Shown piece after piece: positions 40,506 through 55,699 of a stretch of DNA of 64,000 nt. The first letter of the stretch is position 1. Every line of letters starts with the position of its first letter. Source of the stretch: the human T2T-CHM13v2.0 reference genome, Homo sapiens. The stretch lies in assembly GCF_009914755.1 (NCBI RefSeq), contig NC_060928.1; one strand, 5' to 3'. A program made the translations under genes and the position numbers. Below the pieces are notes generated by a model, which saw only the letters and a list, made by a program, of their open reading frames with translations, searched no databases and was not told where the DNA came from.

Positions 40506-41082
40506 TTTAATTTTTTTTATTTCAATACTTCTTGGCATACGGGTGATTTTTGGTTACATGGATAAGTTCTTTAGTGGTGATTTCTGAGATTTAGTGCACC
40601 CATCACCTGAGCAGTATACTCTGTACCCAATGTGTAGTGTAGTCTTTTATCCCTCACTCCCCTCCCAACCTTCCCTGCCCCCGTGAGTCCCCAGAGTCCA
40701 TTATATCATACTTATGCCTTTGCATCCTCATAGCTTAGCTCCCACTTATAAGTGAGAACATAAAATATTTGGTTTTCCATTCCTGAGTTACTTCACTTAG
40801 ATTAATGGCCCCCAGTTCCATCCAAGTTGCTGCAAAATACATTATTTCATTCCTTTTTATGGCTGAATAGTATTCCATGGTGTATATATACCACATTTTC
40901 TTTATCTACTCATTGGTTGATGGGCACTTCGGTTGGTTCCATACCTTGGCAATTATGAATTGTGCTGCTATAAACATGTACGTGCATGTATCTTTTTCAT
41001 ATAATCACTCCTTTTCCTTTGGGTAGATACTCAGTAGTGGGATTGCTGGATTGAACAGTAGTTCTAATTTTAGTTCTTAAAG
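40506..41082 (-). mobile_element. L1PB1-like 3' end
   Basis: GGTTACATGGATAAGTTCTTTAGTGGTGATTTCTGAGATTT; TSD GGAGAT(A/G)TTTCTTT. Confidence 0.92.
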
Positions 41083-41447
41083 AAAAGGAGATGTTTCTTT
41101 ATTTCTTTATAACATAGAATGTGTCACAGATTCAGTGACTTGGAGGAAAGTGGGGATCTTTCTCAGATTGTGGTCAAAATGGCAGACAGATTTTCTCAGG
41201 AAAAGCATCAGTGGACTCCTGCCTTTAAAGACCAGGTGAACAGCAGAATCCATGAGACATTATTCCAAGGCTAATGGTCCTTTAACAGAAAGCATACAGA
41301 AGAAAAAGGCAGGGTGAAGCAGCAGTGTCGTTATTATCTCAAGTTATACAAATCTGTATAGTAGCTATTACAGGAACCCAGAGCTACAGAAATTCAGTGA
41401 GTGAGGATGCTTGGAGTAGTTGTCTAGAAAAACACTAATTCTCTGCC

Positions 41448-41819
41448 TATATTAGTCCATTGTCATGTTGCTAATGAAGACATACCCAAGACTGGATAAT
41501 TTATAAAGAAAAGAGGTTTAATTGACTCACAGTTCCTCAGTGCTGGGAAGGGCTCAGGAAACTTACAATCACAGCAGAAGGGGAAGCAAACATATCCTTC
41601 TTCACATGGTGGCAGCAAGGAGAAGCGCTGAGCAAAAGCGGGGAAAGCCCCTTATAAAACCATCAGATCTCGTGAGAACTTACTCTCATGAGAACAGCAT
41701 GGAGGTAACTGCCCCCATGATTCAATTACTGCCCATCGGGTCCCTCCCATGACACATGTGGATTATGGGAACTACAATTCAAGATGAGATTTGGGTGGGG
41801 ACACAGCCAAACCATATCA
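41448..41819 (-). mobile_element. THE1C/D-like MaLR solo LTR
   Basis: GACATACCCAAGACTGG..GGAAGCAAACA..TCCTTCTTCACATGG..GGGACACAGCCAAACCATATCA; 5-bp TSD CTG(C/T)C. Confidence 0.9.
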
Positions 41820-42672
41820 CTGTCTCTGGTATTAAAGTCTTGGATCAAGGGAGACATCTTTCTGCTAAGGATGAATGTGAGCCGAGGAACCATTTTTATG
41901 CTCTCTCAAGAGGAGATCAAACTCAACGCCAGACTGTAGACCCATTGAGAAAAATAAACAAATTAGAATTACCTCCAAGTGAAGTTTTTTCCTACCCATG
42001 GGAGCTACTGTCACCACAGCTCGGAGTGCAGCTCTGCAGCTGCCTTTACTTGGGTTGAAAAGACACTTGCGGAGATTCTCTCCTCAAGTTAATGACCTTG
42101 GGCAGTTATTTAATGACTTTGAGCCTCAGTTTTATTATCTACAAAATGGATGAGTAGTATCCACGTCATCTTGAAATGAGAATTAAATAATACATGAGAA
42201 TATTTTGAACAGTGTCTTGCATACACCACTCAATAAGCATTACATATTTTTACTATTGTCTGACTTTTTTTTATAGATTGACACAATGACTTCACTCAAG
42301 GCTGCAATCATGACAATGCAACAAGTTGCCTATGCCTGCAGCATTCCCAAATTCCTATCCCAAACTTTTTTTTTAAAGGTGGCTTACATAGGCAATGGCA
42401 AAATTAAAATCAAAAATCCACAACTGCAGGAAAGGGTCCAATTCTAGAAACCCAGAAACATGGTCTTCCAAGAACTGGGTCCACAGTACTTCCCCTAAAG
42501 CAGGCTGATAGCAACAGCAGCTCCAAGGAACCAAGTCCCCAACCCACCTCACTGCACCTCTGAGTCTCCTTTCAGGATGCAGACTGTGTGCTGTGTAATC
42601 TGTCTTGTGCACAAAAGCATTAACCTCTGGAATCAAATGTGTCTGTTAATAAACCAACACGCCGCTCACACT

Positions 42673-42691
42673 ATCAGCCCCCTTGCGGCGT
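42673..42691 (-). promoter_or_regulatory. Candidate CTCF binding site
   Basis: Minus strand ACGCCGCAAGGGGGCTGAT matches the CTCF core CC(A/G)CNAG(G/A)(G/T)GGC; CpGs retained in unique sequence. Confidence 0.5.
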
Positions 42692-44266
42692 CCCCCCTTC
42701 AGAGCCACAGCACAGGCACATCACATTTGTCAGCTGGTTCAACTCCTTAGGCACAACATAATTTGGAAATGTGAAAGATCCCAAATTATCTTATCCAGAA
42801 GTGACAAATCAAGTACAGTGCCCACAAGCCCAGACAGTTTACACAAATAAACAAAACACAACAGTAGCGGGGGTATCAATCTCATAACAGTTTAGGAAAA
42901 ACAAGTTTATTTCTTATCTGTAAGATTAATGAAGTAGGCTGTAACCTCACCTCTCATTGTGGCTGAACAGAAATTAGGTGCTGTTTTTCATCTATTCTGC
43001 AGTAACATAATAATGTCATGTCACAAAAGTTCATAAAGAAGGGTTCTATACTTATTTGCAGAATTATTTAAAATACCCAGTGACTAGCCATTGAGGCAGA
43101 ATTATTAATTTTTTCTCAGATAATACTGTTTTCAAAAAGCCACAAATATTAGGCATAGCCCAACTGCTAAAAATATCTTCCAACTGAGTAAGACTTTGTG
43201 TTTTTTTTTCACTACAGACACAACTATAAAGAATATTTATTTATTTATATAGCACATAATTGGTATATTTAAAAAGCTATTGATATTTCTATATCTTTGT
43301 GGCCTTCTGCTGAACTTAGTTGTTCCAATAGCTGTCCGGTTTATTTCTTCCACCTGATTTTAAATGAATGTTTATGTTATCTGGATTTAGTCAGGGCCCA
43401 TTCTCCCTGCTTCCCCCTCTGAGCTGAGACACAAACGCTTGAAAAGCTTAGGCGAGGAAGAAGGGAAAGCTGGCAGACTGCAATGAGGAAAGAGAACTTG
43501 GTTTCCTTTAGGTCAGATAACTGCTGAAGCCAACCGAATGCTTTCAGAGACTCAGGTACAAAGTACAGCACCTTCCTGTCTCCAGGCTCTGTTGAAAATG
43601 TTTGTACATCTAATGAAAATTCACATGGAACTTCACATGGTTAAAAATAATCATACCCAGTGAGGTTTCTCCCACATGGAATATAAAATGTGCTTTTTCC
43701 TCAGAACTTTATTCCATCAACGACACTGTGAGTAATCATAGGAAGGGATTCATCCTGAGCAAAAATCAATTTTATTGGAAAAGCAAAGAAAGGTAATGCA
43801 TACAAAAAGGGAAAAGCAACATTTCCCAATAAATTCCCAGGTGGGGAGATAGGCTGACCATAGGCCATGTCTACACTACTGATTTGAGCAATGGAATTTG
43901 GATGCAAGTTAAACTGGATCATCTGTATTATATTCATGCATACACTGATTTGACAGGAAAATCGTAATGAACCAACACTGAAGTCTAGTCATTAGTCTTG
44001 GTAGCAAATTGTGCTCACCTAACAGCCCAGAAAGTTCTAGAGCAGACACATCTAGGAGAAGTATTTTCATGGCCTATGTGTGTGTGCATGTGTCTGTCTG
44101 TCTGCATTCTTTTTCAGTTGAAGAATTGTTCCATGTCTTCATTATCCAAGCTATGCCTAGTCCACACATAGTAAACGCTCAAGAAATGTTATACTAAAAT
44201 AGACCTTTTTGCTAAGGGGTGAAATGGCCAAATGACTACCGGACACCCTTATTTAAGAAAGAACTC

Positions 44267-44522
44267 CACCAGGCATGGTGGCTCATGCTTATAATCCCAG
44301 CACTTTGGGAGGCTGAGGCAGACAGATCACCTGAGGTCAGGAGTTAGAGACCAGCCTGACCAACATGGAGAAACCCCATCTCTACTAAAAATACAAAATT
44401 AGCCAGGCATGGTGGCACATGCCTGTAATCCCAGCTACTCAGGAGGCTGAGGCAGGAGAATCGCTTGAACCCAGGAGGAAGAGGTTGCGGGGAAAAAAAA
44501 AAAACCAACAAAAAACAAAAAA
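44267..44522 (+). mobile_element. AluSp-like, missing the 3' part of the right arm
   Basis: AluSp diagnostic CCTGACCAACATGGAGAAACCCC; sequence breaks at GAGGTTGCGG (44490) directly into an A-rich tail. Confidence 0.9.
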
Positions 44523-45375
44523 CTCAAAAACAAGGGGGAAACAAAATTCCAGAATTCATTATTTCCTTTGTGTGACCACCTCATTTTTGTACTAAAGAAG
44601 TCTTCAATAAGTGGAAAGTAACTACAAGCCAGAGATTTCTGACTGTCTCTCTACAGCCTTTGCCCGGGTGCCCCTGGAATTCTAGGGGGGTTGCTGGCTG
44701 GGACACTCTGCTCAACCCTTGATTGGTCTCATGCTTATTGAGGAAGCACACGAGGTCTGATTCTTTACTAAGAGCACAGCAAACATTTCAGTACTGAATT
44801 ACCTTTGTCCATGGCCCTGAAATAGTCCCCAGTAACCAGAAAGACCTAAGAGAAATCTATGGAGCCAGTGTCTTCCTTTCTTCTAACCAATAAGATCAAA
44901 CCAAACTAATAGCTTAATTCCTCACCAGTAATGACAATGAGGAATTACATTTAGGACCTACATAAGGTCATTGGAATAAGTGCCTTCTTAAAAGAATAAG
45001 AATACTTGCACAGCTTAATGGGGAAAGACAATCTGGAAGCAAGTAATTAAATATACTAGGTTAAGTGTTGAACTCAGATGAACAAAAAATACTATGTAAC
45101 ATGAAGAAGAGATTTAAACCCCTGTACAGAAGTCATGGAAACCTTAATGGAAAGGTGTCGTTTGACCTGGTTTATCAAGGATATGCAGAAACTGGTATAT
45201 TAGAGAAGGAGAGGAAGGGCATCGTGAAATAAGGAAACAGCAGTGCAGAGACATTGAGCTATCCGAGTTCAGGGTCTGCTCTCCATGCCTCTGAATGGTT
45301 TGTACTGTGGAAGTGCAAACAGAAGACGAAACCAGGGAAAAAGAAGGACAGATTGTCAAGGGCTTATTTAGCAAG

Positions 45376-46044
<669 letters not shown>

Positions 46045-46241
46045 TAGGGGAAGGCATATGGATTTATCCTAGGGATAAAGTGGAAAGCCAGCGGAAATAT
46101 TAAATCAGGAGAGCCGTAAAGTAAGACTGGATCTTTAGGAATTATGTGAAGATGAGGGAAAGGAGAGAAAAACATTTATGGGAGCTTTCGTAGTTGTCTA
46201 GGTAAGACACAATGCTGGCCTGAACTAAAAGAGTAGCATCA

Positions 46242-46610
<369 letters not shown>

Positions 46611-47454
46611 CTGCATGATCAAATAGGGAAAATAAAGGAGGAAAAGAGAAATAAATAATGTCAAGATTTTTTGTCTTGTATAGTTGGGTGGAAATTAACA
46701 TCATTAATAAAGAAAAATCAGGTTTGGAAAGAATGATTTTGAAATGCCAAAGGGAAGTCAAGCACTGATGCTCAACAGACAGTGGGAAATATTAACCTGC
46801 TTAGAAAATTTAATTTGTAGGGGATTCTTATGACTTATTTAATTCCTGCAATGTTCAGAAATGTTGACAAGTATGCAGAGAGAGTAGAAAGCATACTCCA
46901 TGTCCTCTTAGAACTTATATTTCTTAAGACTTTCAACTAAAATTTCTGCTCACTTAAATTCTCTCCAATGCTCAGTTCCCACATGCAGGAAGCTTTCTTC
47001 TATTCCCAAAACTTTAAGTCATCTCTCCTTCTGAATTCTGCTGTCAACATACATGCTGACAATGTCTTTCCTTTGGCATTTATACGATGCCTTGTGCCTA
47101 ATTGTCAGTTAAGTCTTTATAAATATGTATCTTGTTTTTCCAAGATGAACTGAGAATACTCTCAAAGGCAGAGCCATAGTTCATTCTTTTTTTTTTTTTT
47201 CAGCCTTAAATATTTTGCACAATGTCCCATAGAAAGGGGTGGCTTAGTTGAGCCAGATTGCCTGGGCTTGAATCCCAGCTTTGACACTAACTTATTACAT
47301 TGGCAAGTTATTTATTCTGTGTCTAGTTTCCTTATCTAAAAATGAAAACAATAATAATACCTACTTCACAGAGGTGCTATGAAAACAAAGTGAGAGAATA
47401 AATGCAAAGCACTTTCTAAGTTCCTAGGGCATAGCAAGAGTCCAGTAGATATTT

Positions 47455-47848
47455 GTAGTAGTCAGGATAAGTCAGGATGTGCTATGTTAACAAACAACCT
47501 CAGTGTTTCAGTGGCTTAAAACAATTGAAATGTATTTTTTCTTCATACGACAGACTGAATAGATCAACAAGGGATTTCTGCTAATCAGGTCACTCAAGGA
47601 CCCAGGGTCACAGCAGCCACTATCTTGAATGCCGTTGGTTGTCATGTCAGAGGGAAAGAGAGCCTGGAAGGTCTTGCACCAGCAATTAAATATCCAGAAT
47701 GAAAGTGTCTCATTCACTCAAAACTCATTGGCCACAGTAGTGACATGACCTCATCTAACCACTGGGGCTAAGAAAGTACAATCCGACCGTGTGCCCAGAG
47801 GGGAAGAAGAAGCAGATCTCAGTGGAATATCTCTAATGATTATCAAAG
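47455..47848 (-). mobile_element. MaLR solo LTR (MLT1I/J-like)
   Basis: GTCAGGATAAG..TGCTATG.TAACAAACAACC..TCAGTGGCTTAAAACAA; CTCATTGGCCA. Confidence 0.65.
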
Positions 47849-47954
47849 TATTAGTTGTACTATGGTCATTTTGCTGTTGCCACAAAAAATTATTCCATAT
47901 AAAGTACTTAGCATAAGGTTGGGCTCATACTAAAGACTCAGTGTTAGCTATTAA

Positions 47955-48675
<721 letters not shown>

Positions 48676-50376
48676 CCAGTCTCTTCTCTATTCATGAGAC
48701 TTTGTTTTCTTTATGTTTAACATAATAATACATAGAAAACTTTTACCCAAATGTTTTCATTTAGACCTTTCCGTGTGTTATTGGAAAGCTTACTTGTACT
48801 TCCCCACTCCAAACATGCTCTTCCTCTAGCATTCCTTTCTTGATAATGGTATCTGCCAGCAAGTTAAGCCAGACACCAGGGAGTCATCTTTGTCATTCAT
48901 TCCCCCTCCTCCAACATTCGGTGTATCAGTAAGTCTTAATCAATTCTTCCTTCTAAATATATCTCAAACACATTTGCTTTTCTCCTGTTCTATTTTCGTC
49001 ACCCTAGACAAGCATTTCTCAACATTGGCATCATTGATATTTGAGGCCAGAAAATTCTTCCTTGGAGGGGGCTGTCCTAGATATTATAATCATTTTGAAA
49101 TATATGCAGTGCATTCTACATAACAAAAACCTTCTCTCCCAAGTAAAAAACTTTGTCAGAGCCTTATCTTATCCAGGGGGACAAAATTACCTAACCCCAG
49201 CCCCTTCTAACCTTCCTGTCTCACCTAAGGGAGGTGGGCAGCAGGGGGAGATAAGAAACACTTATGAAGGTCACAGCCTAGAGACACAAGCCCAGAAAAA
49301 TATTGAGATTTGATTTGAATTATAGAATGCCTCCCCTCCCTCACTTCTTACTAGCCCATCAACAGGACTTCAGTATAATAAGAGTGGATTAAAACTCATA
49401 CAGGTACAAGATTAAAGCGGACACAGGTACAAACTCTATTTAAGAATAACATTTAGAGAACGCCAAAGACAACAGGAAAGATTAAAACAAGGACACTAGA
49501 GGAATTTGAAGCCCTTTTGCCTTCAGCTACAGCAAACATTACATAGAGCCAAGATCCCAGCCAGATAAATATAAAACCTAATACTAAAGGCCTGTTTGCC
49601 TCAGTGCCTATTACCTGATATATTATATCCAGCTTCCAATAAAAAATTGCAAAGCATGACAAAACACAAGAAAAAACACCATCTGAAGAGACAAAGCAAG
49701 CATGAGAAACAGACTCAGATATGACACAGATTTTGGCATTGTCAGACAGGAAATTTAAAATAACTGTAATTAATATGTTAAGGAATCTAATGGAAAAGGT
49801 AGGCAGCATACAAGAACAAATGGGTAATATAAACACAATGATAAAATCTCTAAGAAATTATCAAACAGAAAGGCCAGAAATCAAAAACATTGGAACAGAA
49901 ATGAAGAATGGCTTTTTGATGGCTCATCAATAGACTAGACACAGCCAAGGAACAAATCAGTGACTTTCAAGATATGTCAATAGAAACTTCTTCCCAAACT
50001 GAAATACAAAAAAAAAAAAAAAAAAAGAATTTGAAAACAGAACAGAATATCCAGGAATTGTTGGCAATTTCTAAAGGTGTAACATGCACACAATTGTATA
50101 CCAGAAAGAAAAGAGAGAAATAGTTAAAATAATAATGGCCAAGAACATTCCAAAATTAACGACAGACAGTAAACCACAGATCCAGGAAGCACAGAGAACA
50201 CAAAGTAGGATAAATACTAAAATGTCTACACTTGGGCATATGATAGGAACATTGAAGAAAACCAAAGACAAACAGAACATTTTGAAAGAATACAGAGAGT
50301 AAAAAAAAGGACAAGAATTACAACATGTTTCTTGTCAGAAACCATGCAAGCAAAAGCAGAGTGGATTGAAATACTT

Positions 50377-50407
<31 letters not shown>

Positions 50408-50662
50408 CAAAAAAAACCTAGAATACTACACCCAGCAAAATTATCCTTCCAAAGTGAAGAAGAAATAAATATTTTCTCAGGCAAGCAAAAACTTGGGAAA
50501 TTCATTGCCAGCAAACTGGTCCTCCATGAAATATGAAAAGAAGTTCTTAGGGAGAAGGAAAATTATAATAATCAAAACCTCAGCTCTACATAAAGAAAGG
50601 AAAGGAGCCAGAAAAGGAATAAATGAAGGTAATGTAAAATCTTTGATTATTTTCTTATTCTT

Positions 50663-53330
50663 TTTTTAAATAGAATCAGGGCATGCACATGGTGGTTTGT
50701 TATATGGATATATTGCATACTGGTGGAGTTTGGGCTTCTAGTGTACCCATCACCTGAATAGTAAAATTGTACCCAATAGGTAATTTCTCAACCCTCAACC
50801 ACCCCCACCTCTCCCCTTTTGGAGTCTCCAGTGTCTATTATTTCCTTTTGTATGTCCATGTGTACCCACTGTTTAGCTCCCACTTATGAATGAGAACATG
50901 CAGTAGTTGATTTTCTGTTTCCGAGTTATTTCACCTAGAATAATGAACTCCGGCTTCCTCCACGTTGCTGCAAAAGACATGATTTCATTCTTTTTTGTGA
51001 CTGCATAGCATTCCATTGTCTATATATATTAAAGTTTCTTTATCTAATCCACCATTGGTGGACACTTAGGTGGATTCTATGACTTTGTTATTGTGAATAG
51101 TGCTGCAATAAACATATATATATATATAATATTTTTCCTTTAGGTAGATATTCAATACTAGAGTTGCTGGATCAAATGTTAACTCTATTTTTAGTTCATT
51201 GAAAAATCTTCATACTGCTTTCCATAGAGGTTGTACTAATTTACATTCCCACCAACAGGGTATAAGCATTCCCTCTCCTCTGCATCTTCGCCAGCATCTG
51301 TTGTTTTTTGACTCTGTGGCCATTATTAAAGAGTCAAGAAACAACAGATGCTGGCGAGGCTGTGGAGAAAAGCAATGCTTTTACAGTCTTAGTGGGAATG
51401 TAAATTAGTTCAATCATTGTGGAAGACAGTGTGGCAATTCCTCAAAGACCTAAAGCCAGAAATACCATTTGGCCTAGCAATTCCATTACTGAACATATAC
51501 CCAAAGGAATATAAATCATTCTATTATAAAGATACATGCATGCGTATGTTCATTGCAGCACTATTCACAATAGCAAAGACATGGAGTCAACCCAAATTCC
51601 CATCAATGATAGACTGGATAAAGAAAATGTGCTACATATACACCATGGAATACTATGCAGCCACAAAAAGGAATGAGACTATGTCTTTTGCGGGGACATG
51701 GAGGGAGCCGGAAGCCATTATCCTCAGCAACTAATGCAGGAACAGAAAACCAAACACTGCATGTTCTCACTTATAAGTGGGAGCTGAACAATGAGAAGAC
51801 ATGGGCACAGAGAGGGAAACACATACTGGGGCCTGTAGGCGGTAAGGTGCAGGAGGATGGAGAGCATCAGGATAAACAGCTAACACATGGAGGGCTTAAT
51901 ACCTAGCTGATGGGTTGATAGGTGCAGCAAACCACCATGGCCCACAATTAACTATGTAGCAAACCTGCACATCCTGCATATGTATCCAGGGACTTAAAAT
52001 AAATTATAATAACAGCCAATTCTGGCTGGTATGAGATGGCATCTCATTGTGGTTTTGATTTGCATTTATCTGATAATTGGTGATGTTGTTTTTATATATT
52101 TTTGAGAACTTGTATGCCTTCTTCTGATAAATGTTTGTCATGTCCTTTGCCCACTTTTTAATGGAGTTATTTGTTTTTTTCTCATTGAGTTGAGTTTCTT
52201 GTATATTCTGGATGTTTGTCCTTTATCAGATACATAGTTTGGAAGTATTTTCTCCCATTCTGTAGCTTGTGTGTTTACTCTGTTGATTATTTCCTTTGCT
52301 GTGCAGTAGCTTTTTAGTTTAATGAAGTCTCATTTGTCTATTTTTGTTTTCATTGCATTCGCTTTTGAGGTCTTAGTCATAAATTCTTTGCCTAGGCCAA
52401 TGTCCTGAAGAGTTTTTCCTAGATTTTCTTATAGGATTTTTATAGTTTCCAGTCTAGCCAGAGCAATCAGGCAAGAGAAAGAAATAAAAGGCATCGAAAT
52501 TGGCAAAGAGAAAATCAAATTATCTCTGGTCACTGATGACATGATCTTATACACAGACAAACATAAAGACCCCTCCAAAAGACTACTAGACTTGATAAAT
52601 TACTGAAGTAAAGTTTCAGGACAGAAAATCAACAGGATACAAAAATCAGTAGCATTTCTATACGTCAATAATGTTCAAGCTGAGAACCAAATCAGGAGTT
52701 CATCTCTTTACAATAACCACAAAAAAAATAACTAGGTAAGAGAGCTCTACAAAGAGAACTACAAAAAAAACTGATGAAAGAAATCATAGATGACAGAAAC
52801 AAATGGAAAAATATATCATGCTTATGGAGTGGAAGAATCAATAATATTAAAAACAACCATATTTCCCAAAGCAATATACAAATTCAATGCAATACCTATC
52901 AAACAGCCAATGTTTTTTTCACAGAATTAGAAAATATCATTCTAAAATTCATACAAAACCAAAAAAGAGCCCAAATAGCCAAAGCAGTCTTAAGCAAAAA
53001 GAAAAAAGCTAGAGACATCACATTACCTAACTTCAAATTATACTACAAGGCTATAGTAACCAAAACAGCATGGTAGTGGTATAAAAATAGACACATAGAT
53101 CAATGGAACAGAATATAGAACCCAAAAATAAAGCCACATACCTACCACCAACTGATCCTCAACAAAGTTGACAAAACTATACAATGAGGAAAGGACATAT
53201 TACTCATTAAACGGTACTGGGAAAATTGGATAGCCATATGCAAAAGAATGAAATTGGAGCCTTATCTCTCACCATATACAAAAATTAATTCAAGATGGAT
53301 TAAAGACTGAAATATAAGACCTGGAACTAT
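50663..53330 (-). mobile_element. L1PA15/16- or L1PB-type element with 5' inversion
   Basis: Minus-strand 3' part 50663-52454; plus-strand ORF2 52455-53330 (includes ORF 52774-53076, [33 protein letters not shown]); TSD TATTTT(TT)CTTATTCTT at 50648-50662 and 53328-53344. Confidence 0.88.
51314..52005 (+). mobile_element. L1PA (approximately PA8-PA11) 3' end nested in the preceding L1
   Basis: ORF2 C-terminus (ORF 51417-51734, WQFLKDL..DTCMRMFIAALFTIAKTW..YTMEYYAA) plus 3' UTR. Confidence 0.9.
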
Positions 53331-54171
53331 TTTTTCTTATTCTTAACTGATCAAATAGAAAACTGTTCAAAGTAATAACAACGTGTTGTGTGATTATAGG
53401 ATATGCATAAGTGAAATGAGTGAAAGCAATGCTATAGGATGGGAGAGAGAAATTGAGAGTGTGCTGTTATATGATACCTATGTTACCTATGAAGCAATAT
53501 AGAGTTATTTAAAAGAGACTTAGGTGCATTGTAAATGTGTACTGCAAACACTAGGCCAGCTACTAAAAAAAAGTTTTAGTACAATTGAAGTATAATTGAT
53601 AAGTTATGAGTGGAGAGAAAATGGAATGGTATAAAATGTTCAATTAAAACCAGAGAAGGCAGAAAAAGAGAAGAAAAAAGAAACAAAAAAAACGTACAAC
53701 AAAAAGAAAATGATGATAAACATGGCAGACAGTAATTCAACTATATCAATTATCACTTTACATATAAATTGGCTTAAACATGCCAATTAAAGGACAGAGA
53801 TTATAATTGTTTTTTTTTAAAAATGATAAAAAAAGACCTTATTGTCTACAAGAAACTCATTTTAAACACAAAGGCACAGAGAGGTTAAAAGAAAAGTGGT
53901 AGAGAAAAATATATCCTGTTAACATTAGTCAAAGAAAGCTGCAGTCATTAGATTAATTTCAGAAAAAAAGTCTCCATCCATTGTCAAAAAGTGTGGGTTG
54001 CATACTGAGGGTTAAAACTACCTCTGGCTGAGAGGCACTAGCTTAACCCACCAGCATCTCTTGCCAGAACACCTTCAGTAACTCTTTAATTGGTTCTGTT
54101 ATGTATACTCTTGGTCTTTAACATTTGATTCTACACTGCAGCAAGAATGATCTTTTAAAATTCAAATCTCA

Positions 54172-54494
54172 TCTGGGCACGGTGGCTCACACCTGTAATC
54201 CCAGCACTTTGGGAGGCAGCGACGGGCAGATCATTTTGGGCCAGGAGTTCAAGACCAGCCTGGCCAACATGACAAAATCCTATCTCCACTAAAAATACAA
54301 AAATTAGCCAGGCATGGTGGCACATGCCTATAATCCCAACCACTTGAGAGGCTGAGGCACAAGAGTTGCTTGAACCCAGGAGGCAGGGGTTGCAGTGAGC
54401 CAGGATCTCACCTCCAGCCTGGGTGACAGAGCAAGACTGTGTTAAGAAAACAAAACAAAAGAAAACAAAACAAACAACAACAACAAAAAAAAAC
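54172..54494 (+). mobile_element. Alu (AluS/J) inside L2
   Basis: Dimer with (CAAAA)n tail; TSD TCAAATCTCAT; L2 continues at 54495-55060. Confidence 0.93.
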
Positions 54495-55699
54495 ACTCAA
54501 ATCTCATGTAATCCTGTTGCTTAAAACCATCAATGTCTTTCCTCTATTTTTAAGACAAAAGTCCAAATTTGGTAATGTGTCCATAAGGCTCTGCATGTTC
54601 TGACCCTGGCACCTTCTCCAGCTGCACTTAATGTCATCCCTGCTTTGCTCTGCACACTCCAGCCTCATTGACCCTCTTTCTGTTCCTTGAACTCAGTCCG
54701 TTTCTTTCCACACCAGGGTCTTCACAAATGCTGTTCCCTCTGCTGGAATTCGCCCCCACTACCACTTACTGCCTCCTTGCCTAGATAACTGAGCTTCAGA
54801 CACCACCTTAAAAGTTTACTTTCTCTAGTTCAATTCTGGTTCCCTTCTACAATTTCCTAGCACCTGCTACTGCTCATTATAGCACTTATCAAAACCACAC
54901 TTCATCAGTTAATGTAAAAATATTAGTTTTACATTTGTTCTCCCTGTTAGATTATAACAGGGATTTTGTCCCTCTTGTTCACATGACCAACATAGCTCTC
55001 AAAACATAATAGGCCCTCAGTACATACTTAATAAATGAATACATGAATTGAAGAATGAATATCTTTGTAAATATAATTTTAGGACTGCATAGTAGTCAAT
55101 CTAGGTTATGATAAAAATTTATCTAGCCATTCTTCTGCTCATGACCATTTAGATTGTTTTCAAATATTTACTAAAAATAGAGAGGCATAAAAAAATAAAA
55201 TATTATTCAAATGCATAGTGTCAAAATTTCTCTTAGGAGAAAAACTTTAAGGGGAAATCCCTTATTAAGAGCTTGGGGTTACACTGAGATTCCAAGGGGT
55301 ATATGGCAACTGGCCCCCAAAACTTCAAGAAAGCGTTTACTGCACTTACTGAAACAAGAAGATGAATTTTCTCATTGTTCTAGAGAGGCAGAGTGAAAGA
55401 CATAGCATGGAGGAGAGATGAGAGGGAGAGAGAGAAAGAGAGAGAGACAGAGAAACAGGCAAGGGCAGGATGTGGTGGTAGGTGCTGAGTGGGGACAGGT
55501 CAGGAGAGGATCCCTAGTGACATGGTGACCAAACCAATCCAGGAGAACAGAACAGTGCAGGGAATATGTCCCCACAAATCTTGTCTCTTAAATAACACTT
55601 TTGTTGGGTTGTTTGTGTGTGTGTGTGTGTGTGTGTGTTTTTTTACCCCAGAATAGATGAAGAGGCTAGATCCCATATCTGAAAGACATGTAAGAAACT

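Larger units (their letters stand above)
49100..53970 (+). mobile_element. Old L1M (5' region, ORF1, inter-ORF, start of ORF2) split by a younger L1 at 50648-53344
   Basis: ORF1-like peptides (49721-49933, 50084-50302: IMAKNIPKL..PQIQEAQRT); ORF2 start ATATCAATTATCACTTTA..GGCTTAAA..CCAATTAAAGGACAGAG at about 53740. Confidence 0.8.

Noticed and set aside
49453-53076. ORFs resembling real proteins
   Set aside because: Broken L1 ORF1/ORF2 fragments from three different nested elements; no intact retrotransposon
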